From: a virus
Direction: 5' to 3' (one strand)
IMG/VR virus record: IMGVR_UViG_3300025646_005482
Location: 96,331-160,330 of that record
DNA length: 64,000 bases
Positions 9,346 through 19,159 of this stretch are shown here, one piece after another; the first letter of the stretch is position 1; each line of letters opens with the position of its first letter. Position numbers and translations under genes: made by a program. The notes beneath the pieces were generated by a model. That model searched no databases. It saw only the letters and a program-made list of their open reading frames with translations, and was not told the origin of the DNA.

Positions 9346-12205
9346 GAAAAATCTTGGACGAAGTATAAACACCCTTAGGAAAAAAGGTCAAAGCATATTT
9401 AGACTGCCTCGTAATATTCCTAATTTTGCTGGTGGTAATTCACTTAATCCTCTTAAAGTTAGACCTATGGTGATCAAAGCGCGTGGTCTTAAGCCTAATA
9501 CAAAGTATAAGGTAATGCTTGATAATCAAGCTGGTAGCGCGTTCGAGGATATTACTGACACATCAAAACCAGTGGGTAAAACTCGTAAAAATAATACTAT
9601 TACTCGTATTGCTCCAGCTTTTGGCGGAGGTAAACCTGCGCGTCAATTTATCAAGACTGACTCGAAAGGAAATCTTGAAGTAAGGTGCAAGCCTTTTGGT
9701 ACCGAAGAAAATACTAAACCGGCAGTTGTTGTTCCTTCTCCTGGTGTAATAGTTTGTAAACCGCCTACACATGGTAAATTGTGGAAATACTGGCATGGAC
9801 GTGTTCGCGCTAACGATTTCGGCAGAGATAGAATCAAGCTGATTCAATACAGCGCAATTCAGAATCCTGACGCCTCTGATCGTGTAAAAACACTTAAAAA
9901 AGAAATTTCTACTGAGACTGTTAGACCTGGTAAACCTACGAGTCGGCCTAAAAAAGCACCAGAGTATTATTTGCCGCCTGCTGTTATCTGCGATGTTCCG
10001 CCAAAACCCGAAGGCGAGATCATTAAGAAAGTTCAAGAAAAGGTAATCACTGATTATTATCAAACTTTTTATATCGATGCTGACGTCGTAGACGGTTCTG
10101 ATACTGTTGATTTGTTGGATGTTTCTTTGTATATCCGCTCAAAACCACAATTTAAAGCAAATGCATCAGGAGCAGAAGGTCCTGGCATCAATATTTGTTT
10201 GATAGATTGTGAAGTAGATGGTACTCCTATCATTGATTCTAAATATGCAGACTCAGTTGTTGACCTCGATTATCATGCTATCAAAGCATCACCTCTTGCA
10301 ACTTCTGAAACTGTATTTAAATTCCCTAGTCCGGTCACCGTAAGAACTAATGCTCATTATGCGATCGCAGTGTTCCTTGAAGATCAGGGCTACATACTTT
10401 GGGACAATCGTAAAGGCGATCTGACCATTGTAGATGGTCAGAAAACTGAAGAGCGCTCACAAGGTTCATCTAAAGGTCATAAAGGCGACGTCTATTTTTA
10501 TAACGATGAAGCAGTTCAAGGCAAAAAAGGCAAACCACAATGGGTACCTAAGAATGATCTTGACTTAAAGTTTGATGTACATATTGCAGAATATTCAGTT
10601 AGTGATGTAACAGTAAAACTTGTAAACAAGCCATATGAATTCTTTAACCTGTCTTCTGTTTCCGGAACAGACTGGGATCCAGGCGAATTAGTTTATAAGC
10701 AACAAGCATCTAATCGTCCAGGTACCGTATCTGTTGTTGCAGGTGCACAAAAAATTACTGGTGACGCTAGTACAGACTTTACTGATTTGACTGATGGTCA
10801 AAAAATTGTATTGATCGATTCTACTGATAACAGTATCAGAGACATTTTTACTGTCGATCGATCAGTTTCTGGTACAGCAAACACTTTGTATGTAGATGAA
10901 ATTGCCGAGATTGACATTACTGGAAATTATCAAGTTACTGTTGTGGCTGAAGTAGAATATTTTGATTACTACTTTAATTCCATTCGACTAGAGAATTCCA
11001 GCGTAAACTATACTCAATATACAAATGCAAATTCAGCCCTATCAAATACTCTGATTTTTGCAGTTGGAGACACTATCAGAGGTGTAGATTCTGGTATGAC
11101 TGCAGTCATCGACTCTTATAATCCTTTGCCTGTATCTACATTCCGCGCTGATATGAATGCTACTGTACCTCCACAATTTAAGACAGTTACACATTACAAC
11201 TTTAGCTATGAAGATTCTACTACACCTGGCGTTTATTACCTTGCTGATACTGATAAGCAATTTTTCTTGAATGCACCAAACCACATCAAAGGTTATGCTG
11301 GTACATTGCTTAGCGCTTCTCAAGAAGTTGATCAAACTCATTCTGGTATGATTGATAATCAAAGCAGATCATCTGAAATTGAGATTACGTATCAATATAC
11401 TGGTGCTAATACAAGATGTTATGCTTGTCCTACCATTTCTCTTGACGAACTAGAAATGACTACTCACAGATGGGTAATTAACAACGATGGTACGAACGAG
11501 CACCTGAACGAGGGTAACGCGAAGACAAGACACATTTCATCTGTCCTAGATTTAGGTCCTGGTAGTGATGCAGAAGATGTTCGTCTTATCATGAATGCAT
11601 ACAAGCCGAGAGGCACTTCTATTCATGCATATGCTAGGATACAAAATAGAGACGATACAGAAAACTTCGATAATATCAACTGGACTAAGTTGAAGCTGGT
11701 CGGTGGTGGTGATTCGTTTAGTGATCCAACCGAACAGTTTGATTATGTTGAACTTGAATTTGGACTAGATGATTATACAACTGGCACAAATATCTCAGGG
11801 GCGTTTACTACTGTATCAGGTTCAGCTGTTATTACAGGGTCAGTCGGTACCGATGTTTCTAGTGTAAATGTTGATGATACAATCAGAATTTATAGTCCTC
11901 TATTCGAAGATAATTATCAAATATTTAATGTTGAATCTAAAGATGTCGGAGCTAGAACTATCACATTATCAGAAGCAATAGCTAATAATAATATTGTTGG
12001 TGAGGGTTTCAAAGTCGATATCATGACTGCGCCTACCGCTGCATTTAAGAATCCTGATAATTATGGCATCGCTAGATATTATAATTCAACAGGTGAGAAG
12101 TTCGACACCTATAGCAGATTGCAGGTTAAACTAGTGTTGCTAGCACAAAATAGGTACTTAGTACCAAAAGTTGATGACTATCGAGTAATTGGAGTTACTG
12201 CTTAA
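9338..12205 (+). CDS. VrlC/DUF4815-like protein, C-terminal part
   Basis: RGLKPNTKY, TDSKGNL, YQTFYID, DLKFDV, AEDVRL..AYKPRGTSI and terminal VPKVDDYRVIGV match the C-terminal half of VrlC-like phage proteins. Confidence 0.75.
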   Translation: MARKNLGRSINTLRKKGQSIFRLPRNIPNFAGGNSLNPLKVRPMVIKARGLKPNTKYKVMLDNQAGSAFEDITDTSKPVGKTRKNNTITRIAPAFGGGKPARQFIKTDSKGNLEVRCKPFGTEENTKPAVVVPSPGVIVCKPPTHGKLWKYWHGRVRANDFGRDRIKLIQYSAIQNPDASDRVKTLKKEISTETVRPGKPTSRPKKAPEYYLPPAVICDVPPKPEGEIIKKVQEKVITDYYQTFYIDADVVDGSDTVDLLDVSLYIRSKPQFKANASGAEGPGINICLIDCEVDGTPIIDSKYADSVVDLDYHAIKASPLATSETVFKFPSPVTVRTNAHYAIAVFLEDQGYILWDNRKGDLTIVDGQKTEERSQGSSKGHKGDVYFYNDEAVQGKKGKPQWVPKNDLDLKFDVHIAEYSVSDVTVKLVNKPYEFFNLSSVSGTDWDPGELVYKQQASNRPGTVSVVAGAQKITGDASTDFTDLTDGQKIVLIDSTDNSIRDIFTVDRSVSGTANTLYVDEIAEIDITGNYQVTVVAEVEYFDYYFNSIRLENSSVNYTQYTNANSALSNTLIFAVGDTIRGVDSGMTAVIDSYNPLPVSTFRADMNATVPPQFKTVTHYNFSYEDSTTPGVYYLADTDKQFFLNAPNHIKGYAGTLLSASQEVDQTHSGMIDNQSRSSEIEITYQYTGANTRCYACPTISLDELEMTTHRWVINNDGTNEHLNEGNAKTRHISSVLDLGPGSDAEDVRLIMNAYKPRGTSIHAYARIQNRDDTENFDNINWTKLKLVGGGDSFSDPTEQFDYVELEFGLDDYTTGTNISGAFTTVSGSAVITGSVGTDVSSVNVDDTIRIYSPLFEDNYQIFNVESKDVGARTITLSEAIANNNIVGEGFKVDIMTAPTAAFKNPDNYGIARYYNSTGEKFDTYSRLQVKLVLLAQNRYLVPKVDDYRVIGVTA

Positions 12206-12405
12206 TGAGAGAACCTGGTTTTACAAAACAGACCGAAGGCGTCTTTATAAATAACAATGAAAAGGAACTCGCCATGTACCGCTCTCATCGAGCTCGAGCT
12301 TATAGGGAGCGGGAACATTCTGAAAGAATAGACAAATTAGAACAAGAATTACAACAAATAAAACAATTACTGCAAAAACATATTGTTGCGCAGCGCAAAG
12401 ATTAG
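12205..12405 (+). CDS. Small coiled-coil protein typically found after VrlC
   Basis: INNN..Y..R..ERIDKLEQELQQIKQLL; TAATG stop/start coupling. Confidence 0.7.
   Translation: MREPGFTKQTEGVFINNNEKELAMYRSHRARAYREREHSERIDKLEQELQQIKQLLQKHIVAQRKD
12246..12253 (+). promoter_or_regulatory. T4-type late promoter
   Basis: TATAAATA upstream of the fibre gene at 12415. Confidence 0.6.
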
Positions 12406-12414
12406 GATAGATAA

Positions 12415-15400
12415 ATGGCATTGTTAACAGGATTTGACGAATTAGATCCGGGTGCGGATACTTTTTCTGATTGGTTAAACAAGACCAACGAACTTGTCTT
12501 GTACCTCAGAGGAAGTACTGACGCAGGTCAAACTTCTATCATGACCGCCAACTCTCAGCTTGGTGGTTCTCTCACTTATGGTAATGCTACACTTTGGGGT
12601 CAAATGGCTGCCAACTCTATGGTAGTATTCAATAATGGTGATGACGATGATTTTTCTGCGAACGGTGAATATGGCGGTCTGAGAGGTGGTACTTGGGTTG
12701 CAGCTGCAAATGCTATTCTAACCGATACACTTTACGTAGTATCTAATACCACATTTACTGACGATACTATCAAAGTTAACGTCAACTCTGTATACGGTCT
12801 AGTAGTTGAAAACACAATCGATGCAAATGGCGATGTATTGTTTATCGGAGCAGGCGGTTCGAATACCGATCCTGAATTACAATGGGAAGCAAACAATGCT
12901 ACTCTTAATTGGAATGATAATATCAAGGCCACTTTTGGTACTGGAGATGACCTTGAGGTCTATTATACAGGAACTCGAGGAAATGTAAACACCGATATTC
13001 TAGATATTCGTGGTTCTACTAATACAAACATCTTCACAGATGACTTTGAGATGCGCTCTCAGGCCAACAATGAGTTGATGTTAACAGCAAATGTCGCGAA
13101 CGGCGTCGAGCTTTATTGGGATGGCATCAAGAAAGTATCATCAAATACACATGGTGTTGAAGTATACGGTCAAGTTATTGCTGATAATGGATTTGTTACT
13201 TACAACAACCAACCTATCGAGATGGGTGGCGCGAACTACGCAGCAGCCCATAACTTCACCATCGTCACTGATGGCACAGATACAACTATAACAGAAACCT
13301 CTAACGATTTATCAGTTCGCGTTGAGGATAACTTCCGCGTTACTGATGATACAGGTGCTACTAGCCTCATCGTTGCTAATACATCTGGTGAAGTTACACT
13401 GTATCACAACAATAATCAAAAGATGCAGACAAATGCTTACGGTGTAGAAATCACTGGAGAAGCAAATACTGATACGCTGCGTGTTGGTTCCGATGCAAAC
13501 TTTGATAATAATACTCTGAATTCCAATAGTGTCCATTGGGATGCCACTCTTGAAGTGTGGAATTATCGTGATGATGTTAAGGCTACATTCGGTGATTCGG
13601 ACGATTGGACTTTGTACTATGATGCAGCTGGCAGAGCATATTCAAATGTAGATAATATGGATATTCGGGCTAGAACCGATATGAATATTATTACAGACGT
13701 CTTTGAATTAAAATCAGAAACTGGTCCAGAATTGTATATCTCTGCTGGTGTTGCAGATAATAGCACCGTAAGATTGTATTACGAAGGAAATGAAAGACTT
13801 CAGACAAATACATACGGTGTTGAAGTTACCGGACAATTAGTTGCAAATGGTGGTATCGTTGCATATAATAATCAAAAGTTGGAGATGGGCGGTACAAACT
13901 ACGCTGCAGCTCACAATTTCGAAATTTATACAGATGGTACCGATAGCCATATTACAGAAACTGGTGGCGGCGATCTTATTGTACAAGCCAATAATATACA
14001 AATCGAAGATACAAGTGGCCAAGCGTACTTCTGTGGTACTTCGGGATTGGGAGCTTCTGTCCATTATAACGGTGCTATCAAACTAATTACCACAAATATT
14101 GGTATTGATATTACAGGCCAAGCAAACACGACTACACTACGAGTGCAAGGAAACGCCGCGTTTGAAAATGATGGCGGTGTTGAGTCGATGCATTGGCATT
14201 CTAATGACGCTGTGCACGGTACACATTTACACTTCGAAGATGATGTTCAAATTAAAATGGGTGCCGCTCATGATTTTGTCATATATCACGAGCCCGGTGG
14301 CAATAGCTATATTAAAGAACTGGGTAACGGCGATTTAGTATTACAAGCGAATAACATGCAACTTGAAGATACTTCAGGTCAAGCATACTTCTGCGGTACT
14401 GCTGGATCTGGAGCATCGATGCATTTTAATGGTGCTCAAAAACTTATCACTACAAATATTGGTCTTGATATTACTGGCGAAGCCAATACTGATACCTTGC
14501 GTGTACAATCGACTACTTTACTAGAAGATGATGTTTATTTCGATGGTACAACAGCTGATCAATTGCATTGGGATTCATCGCAAAATGAATTACACTATAA
14601 AGACAATGTTTCAGCAGTCTTTGGCAACACAGATGATCTTAAAATTTACCACGATGGCACTGATGGTCGAATTGTAGAATCTACCTCTGGTAATTTACAT
14701 GTAACTGCAAACAATCTTATTCTAGAAGATACCGACGGTAATCAGTATGTCTGCGGCCTTGCAGGTTTAGGAACGTCTATTCACTACGCTGGCGCTACTA
14801 AGATTATCACTACGAATATTGGTATCGATATTACAGGTGAAGCTAATACTGATACGCTACGAGTGAAGTCTACAACAGATCTTGAAGACGATATCAGAAT
14901 ACAAGGTTCAACTAACTCTGACACAGTGACATGGGATAAATCAGCTAATACACTTAACTTAGACGACTACAACTATCTGACATTCGGTACTGGTGGTGAT
15001 TTTACTATTCATCACGACGGCAGCAACACATATATGACCGAAATTGGTGTTGGTCACCTTCATGTACAAGCCAATAATGTACAAATTGAAGACACAGATG
15101 GAGATGCATATTTCTGTGGATTAGCCGGAGCAGGAGCTTCTATACACTTTAACGGTGCACAAAAACTTATTACCACTGCAACTGGTGTCGATGTAACTGG
15201 AAAAGTAGTCACAGATTCATTGCAAGTTGATGGTCATGTAGATCTTGGAGCTTCTGCAGCAGATACCATCAGCGTACTTGGTGAATTTGACACGGCATTG
15301 ATTCCTGCAGTCGCTACAGCGAATGTTGGTTCTGTAGCTGATCCATGGGATTGGGGATACTTTAACGATATCGTTGTTGCTAATACAGCGACTATCTTAA

Positions 15401-15777
15401 ATCTTGAAGTAACTACACTCGAAGCCAACGGTGTAGCATTTACTGGTACTGGTGATGATGTCACGACTACTTCTACGACTATTATTGATTCGTTTGAATA
15501 TACTCAAACACAAGGATTTAAGTTCTTTGTACACGGTGAAAATATCAATGATGCCTCTTCTGGTTATGCGGTTGAAATCAATGTAATTGTAACAGATAAT
15601 AAAGACATCTACTATACACGATATGGCGAAGTTGAAAATAATATGTCAGATGTCGTGATTGTTCCTGCGCTGGCAGCTAACACAACTCACGTAATTCTGA
15701 ATGCAACGTGTGGTTCTGCGAGTGGTACAGATATACATAGATTCAAAGTTCTGAAGATAGAGACGAGAGCATCTTAA
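12415..15777 (+). CDS. Long tail-fibre-like structural protein with internal repeats
   Basis: N-terminal TFSDWLNKTNEL; repeated FG..DL.IYHDG..S.I and LY..G..K..T...G..ITG units; C-terminal IDSF..K..V..E..YG domain of marine phage fibres. Confidence 0.75.
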   Translation: MALLTGFDELDPGADTFSDWLNKTNELVLYLRGSTDAGQTSIMTANSQLGGSLTYGNATLWGQMAANSMVVFNNGDDDDFSANGEYGGLRGGTWVAAANAILTDTLYVVSNTTFTDDTIKVNVNSVYGLVVENTIDANGDVLFIGAGGSNTDPELQWEANNATLNWNDNIKATFGTGDDLEVYYTGTRGNVNTDILDIRGSTNTNIFTDDFEMRSQANNELMLTANVANGVELYWDGIKKVSSNTHGVEVYGQVIADNGFVTYNNQPIEMGGANYAAAHNFTIVTDGTDTTITETSNDLSVRVEDNFRVTDDTGATSLIVANTSGEVTLYHNNNQKMQTNAYGVEITGEANTDTLRVGSDANFDNNTLNSNSVHWDATLEVWNYRDDVKATFGDSDDWTLYYDAAGRAYSNVDNMDIRARTDMNIITDVFELKSETGPELYISAGVADNSTVRLYYEGNERLQTNTYGVEVTGQLVANGGIVAYNNQKLEMGGTNYAAAHNFEIYTDGTDSHITETGGGDLIVQANNIQIEDTSGQAYFCGTSGLGASVHYNGAIKLITTNIGIDITGQANTTTLRVQGNAAFENDGGVESMHWHSNDAVHGTHLHFEDDVQIKMGAAHDFVIYHEPGGNSYIKELGNGDLVLQANNMQLEDTSGQAYFCGTAGSGASMHFNGAQKLITTNIGLDITGEANTDTLRVQSTTLLEDDVYFDGTTADQLHWDSSQNELHYKDNVSAVFGNTDDLKIYHDGTDGRIVESTSGNLHVTANNLILEDTDGNQYVCGLAGLGTSIHYAGATKIITTNIGIDITGEANTDTLRVKSTTDLEDDIRIQGSTNSDTVTWDKSANTLNLDDYNYLTFGTGGDFTIHHDGSNTYMTEIGVGHLHVQANNVQIEDTDGDAYFCGLAGAGASIHFNGAQKLITTATGVDVTGKVVTDSLQVDGHVDLGASAADTISVLGEFDTALIPAVATANVGSVADPWDWGYFNDIVVANTATILNLEVTTLEANGVAFTGTGDDVTTTSTTIIDSFEYTQTQGFKFFVHGENINDASSGYAVEINVIVTDNKDIYYTRYGEVENNMSDVVIVPALAANTTHVILNATCGSASGTDIHRFKVLKIETRAS

Positions 15778-16193
15778 TGGCAAATGCAATATATGATAAA
15801 TACAAGGAAGCATTATTAAATGGTTCAGCAAATACGTCTCTAACTACTGAAACTGTTAAAGTTTCTTTGATCGAGTCTAATACTTCTGTTGAGCCATTTA
15901 CTTCTACAGATGAATTTTATAGTGATGTGACAAGTGTAGTTGCGACAGCTACACTGACTAATGTGACTGTAGCAGATGGTGTACTCGATGCTGATGATTT
16001 AGTATTTGAGTCTGTTACAGATACTACAGTAGACGGAGATGCTAACGCTTTGTTATTTTGGATAGACACTGGAAATACATCTACTAGCAGACTAGTTGCT
16101 TGGATGGACACTGACATAAACGGTTTACCAATTACTCCTGATGGCGCAAACGTAAATGTTACATGGAGCTCATCAGGAATATTCAAATTATAA
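15777..16193 (+). CDS. Small beta-rich virion structural protein
   Basis: MANAIYDKYKEALL..DADD..F..LVAWMD..LPITPDG.NV.VTW..GIFKL pattern of a widespread phage structural family. Confidence 0.65.
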   Translation: MANAIYDKYKEALLNGSANTSLTTETVKVSLIESNTSVEPFTSTDEFYSDVTSVVATATLTNVTVADGVLDADDLVFESVTDTTVDGDANALLFWIDTGNTSTSRLVAWMDTDINGLPITPDGANVNVTWSSSGIFKL

Positions 16194-16205
16194 GAAGAGA
16201 AAGAG

Positions 16206-17228
16206 ATGGCCGTATCATCACAAAAATTTGACACACTCGATGGATTAGTTGTCACGGGCCCGATGGAAATTGGCGGCAATGTGGCTGTCGACACGAACGT
16301 CCTTTTTGTAGACACTGTAAACAATCGTGTAGGTATCAATAAAACTCCAACTGTTGCGTTAGATGTTAGTGGTGCTGTAGCTATTACGAGCGGAAATATT
16401 ACTGGCCTAACTAATCTTGGAGCTGGTAATCTAAGTCTAAACACTGATACTATTACTGGTACAGCAGGTATAACACTAGACGCAGTGGGAGATATTTCTC
16501 TAGATGCTGATGGTGCCGACATTCTGTTAAAGGACGCTGGTACACAATACGGCGCTCTCACTAATTCTTCTGGCAATCTTGTAGTAAAGTCAGGTACTAC
16601 TACCGCGATGACACTTACATCGGCAGGTGGAGTTGTATTTTCTGATAACTTAGGTATATCAAACGGCAAACGTATCGATTTCGGTACGGTCATGGACATG
16701 ACTGCAGACTCACAGGGTGTTTTATTAAATGCAAACACATATCATCAAGGGTCTATCGTCAGTTATTTTGGCGGAGTAAAAGATACAAATACGTATCTAC
16801 AATTTAATGGTGCTGATTCTTTCCAAATAACAACTGGCGGAACAGTTAGAATGACCGTTAATAATAGCGGTGTGACTATTCCAGGGGCCTTGTTATTCGA
16901 TAGTGTTGCATCAGATCAACCATATTATGAAACAATCAATGCTCCTGCTGGACTAACATTTAATTTGAATAATGGATCAGCGTTTACTAAATCTGGTGGA
17001 GGAAGCGGAGGAACTGTAGTGTTTACCATGCCTTCAAGTCCCGGTACAAATAGTTTTGCATGGACAATTAAATTTATAAACTCTGGCGCATTGACTTGGC
17101 CAGCTAGTGTCAAGTGGTCTGAAGGAGTTCAACCGCCAGAATCTTCTGGAACTGATATATATAGTTTTGTAACGTACGACGGTGGAACCAACATCTATGG
17201 CTCACTCGCAGTTAGAAACGCGTCGTAA
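16206..17228 (+). CDS. Short fibre protein with shared C-terminal WP..V.WSEG..PP..GTDIYSF domain
   Basis: VDTNVLFVDTVNNRVGI fibre motif; C-terminus paralogous to those of the genes at 25844 and 27491. Confidence 0.7.
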   Translation: MAVSSQKFDTLDGLVVTGPMEIGGNVAVDTNVLFVDTVNNRVGINKTPTVALDVSGAVAITSGNITGLTNLGAGNLSLNTDTITGTAGITLDAVGDISLDADGADILLKDAGTQYGALTNSSGNLVVKSGTTTAMTLTSAGGVVFSDNLGISNGKRIDFGTVMDMTADSQGVLLNANTYHQGSIVSYFGGVKDTNTYLQFNGADSFQITTGGTVRMTVNNSGVTIPGALLFDSVASDQPYYETINAPAGLTFNLNNGSAFTKSGGGSGGTVVFTMPSSPGTNSFAWTIKFINSGALTWPASVKWSEGVQPPESSGTDIYSFVTYDGGTNIYGSLAVRNAS

Positions 17229-17238
17229 GGGGTAAGAT

Positions 17239-19116
17239 ATGGCTGGTGCTGGTGGTAAAGGGTTTTTAGATAGAACTTGGGCTGCAACATATGATCAGAC
17301 CTCAGCGGGTACTGCTCCTGGTTCTGACCTCAATGTAACATACGGCAAACAAATAATAGAAGTATCAGCAAGAGGTGGAACGGCTAGCGCTCCTATCTTG
17401 CAACCTGCTTATTCCGTCACAACCAATTATCCTGCTCGCGATTACACACAAAGCGCTTATCAGGTCACAACATTTTATGCAGATGAGATAACTAATTATC
17501 CTTCTCGTATCTTTACTCAGCCTGCATATTCAGTAATTACAAACTATCCGTCACGTAATGTTGCTGATCAACCAGCGTATGCAGTAATTACTAATTATCC
17601 TAGTCGTTCTACTAATCAACCTGCATATTCAGTAATTACAAACTATCCGTCTCGTGGTAACCCTGCGCAGCCTGCGTATAGTGTGACTACAAACTATCCG
17701 AGTCGAGCCGTACCTGATCAGCCAGCATATTCAGTAACGACTAACTATCCGAGTCGAGCCGTACCTGATCAGCCAGCATATTCAGTAACGACTAACTATC
17801 CAGCTCGTGCGACACCTGATCAACCAGCGTATGGTGTCACAACTAACTATCCTGCACGGCTATATCAACAGGCTTCTTATTCAAGTATTGTATATTATCC
17901 TGCTAGAACTAATTATCAGAGTTATCCTGCACGAACGACTAACTATCCGTCGCGCAACACACCATCACAGCCCGCATATACTACAAACTATCCTGCGCGA
18001 ACGACTAACTATCCAGCTCGAGCTGTACCGAATCAGCCCTCTTATACTGCAAGTTTTCCAGCGCGTTTCGTGCCTAATCAGCCTGCATACTCGCAAAATT
18101 TCCAAAACTTTAACATCTATATGGCATACTTGTGGGGGGTTATATATTATCCATCGCGTACGGTACCAAACCAGCCTGCGTATGTTGCTAGTTATCCAGC
18201 ACGTAACGTACCATCACAGCCCGGATATAGTGTAACTCAACCAGCATATAGTGTTTCTCATCCGGCCCGTGCTAATCCTGCACAGCCAGCATATAGTGTT
18301 ACTCAACCCGGTTATCAGGGTTCTGCGTATCAACCAGGATATTCTAATGTTACTAATTATCCTGCTAGAAATTATTATCAGAATGCATACTCTGTAACGA
18401 CAGCTTATCCGTCACGTGCTAATCCTGCGCAACCAGCATATAGTGTTACAACTAACTATCCGGCCCGTGCTAATCCTGCGCAACCAGCATATAGTGTGAC
18501 TACAAACTATCCATCACGAGCTAATCCTGCACAGCCAGCATATAGTGTAACTACAAACTATCCATCTCGTGCGACACCTGATCAACCAGCGTATAGTGTC
18601 ACGACTAACTATCCCTCTCGTAATTATTCAGAGGCAGCGTATAGTGTCACGACTAACTATCCATCGCGAGCTGTACCAAACCAACCTGCGTACTCTGTAG
18701 TGACAAATTATCCGTCACGTGCTACTACACAGCCTACATATTCTGTTACTCAACCAGCATATCAGGTTGTAACATATTATCCATCGCGAGTATATCAACA
18801 AGCAGCGTACAGTGTGATCACAAACTATCCATCTCGAGTAACAGCTGGTACCAGTGGTACAGCTACTACTTTGCAAATGACTGGCAAAGATGGTACTACA
18901 TATTTGTTGACAGCTCCAGGCACTGCGACGAATGTAGCTAACTACGCTGCTCCTCCCGTGGCTACTGCAGTATATGCAACTCTTTACGCGCCTGTGGTAA
19001 AAGAGCTAGCTAATGATCCTAATGAGGCAGATGTCACATTGGGTACAAGTCCTGCTGGTCAAACTAATCCGACATATCGGCCATTTGTCAATGTGAAGTA
19101 TGACGGCAACCCATAA
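17239..19116 (+). CDS. Pro/Tyr-rich repeat protein with mirror-symmetric arms (putative hairpin fibre or adhesin)
   Basis: 25 units related to QPAYSVTTNYPSR between a 54-aa N-terminal and a 92-aa C-terminal segment. SD-like AAGGGG upstream. Confidence 0.85.
   Translation: MAGAGGKGFLDRTWAATYDQTSAGTAPGSDLNVTYGKQIIEVSARGGTASAPILQPAYSVTTNYPARDYTQSAYQVTTFYADEITNYPSRIFTQPAYSVITNYPSRNVADQPAYAVITNYPSRSTNQPAYSVITNYPSRGNPAQPAYSVTTNYPSRAVPDQPAYSVTTNYPSRAVPDQPAYSVTTNYPARATPDQPAYGVTTNYPARLYQQASYSSIVYYPARTNYQSYPARTTNYPSRNTPSQPAYTTNYPARTTNYPARAVPNQPSYTASFPARFVPNQPAYSQNFQNFNIYMAYLWGVIYYPSRTVPNQPAYVASYPARNVPSQPGYSVTQPAYSVSHPARANPAQPAYSVTQPGYQGSAYQPGYSNVTNYPARNYYQNAYSVTTAYPSRANPAQPAYSVTTNYPARANPAQPAYSVTTNYPSRANPAQPAYSVTTNYPSRATPDQPAYSVTTNYPSRNYSEAAYSVTTNYPSRAVPNQPAYSVVTNYPSRATTQPTYSVTQPAYQVVTYYPSRVYQQAAYSVITNYPSRVTAGTSGTATTLQMTGKDGTTYLLTAPGTATNVANYAAPPVATAVYATLYAPVVKELANDPNEADVTLGTSPAGQTNPTYRPFVNVKYDGNP
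17401..18837 (+). repeat. Coding repeat array (mostly 48-51 bp units): arm 1 17401-18078, centre 18079-18159, arm 2 18160-18837
   Basis: Parsed from the translation; includes a perfect 51-bp tandem duplication at 17692-17801. Confidence 0.9.
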
Positions 19117-19121
19117 CGTCA

Positions 19122-19129
19122 TATAAATA
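19122..19129 (+). promoter_or_regulatory. T4-type late promoter for the oxygenase/lysis cluster
   Basis: TATAAATA 30 nt upstream of ATG 19160, with SD AAGGTG. Confidence 0.8.
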
Positions 19130-19159
19130 AAAATGTGACTATATTATTTAAGGTGATCT

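Noticed and set aside
15917-16738. 273-aa minus-strand ORF
   Set aside because: Overlaps two well-supported plus-strand structural genes and has low-complexity shadow composition.
17401-18837. Repeat array as a CRISPR array, DNA inverted repeat or RiPP precursor
   Set aside because: The repeats are in-frame and degenerate at third codon positions, have no unique spacers and show no DNA-level inversion. The exact mirror register and fibre context fit a structural hairpin better than a cleaved multi-core precursor, and no adjacent peptidase is seen, although processing is not formally excluded.
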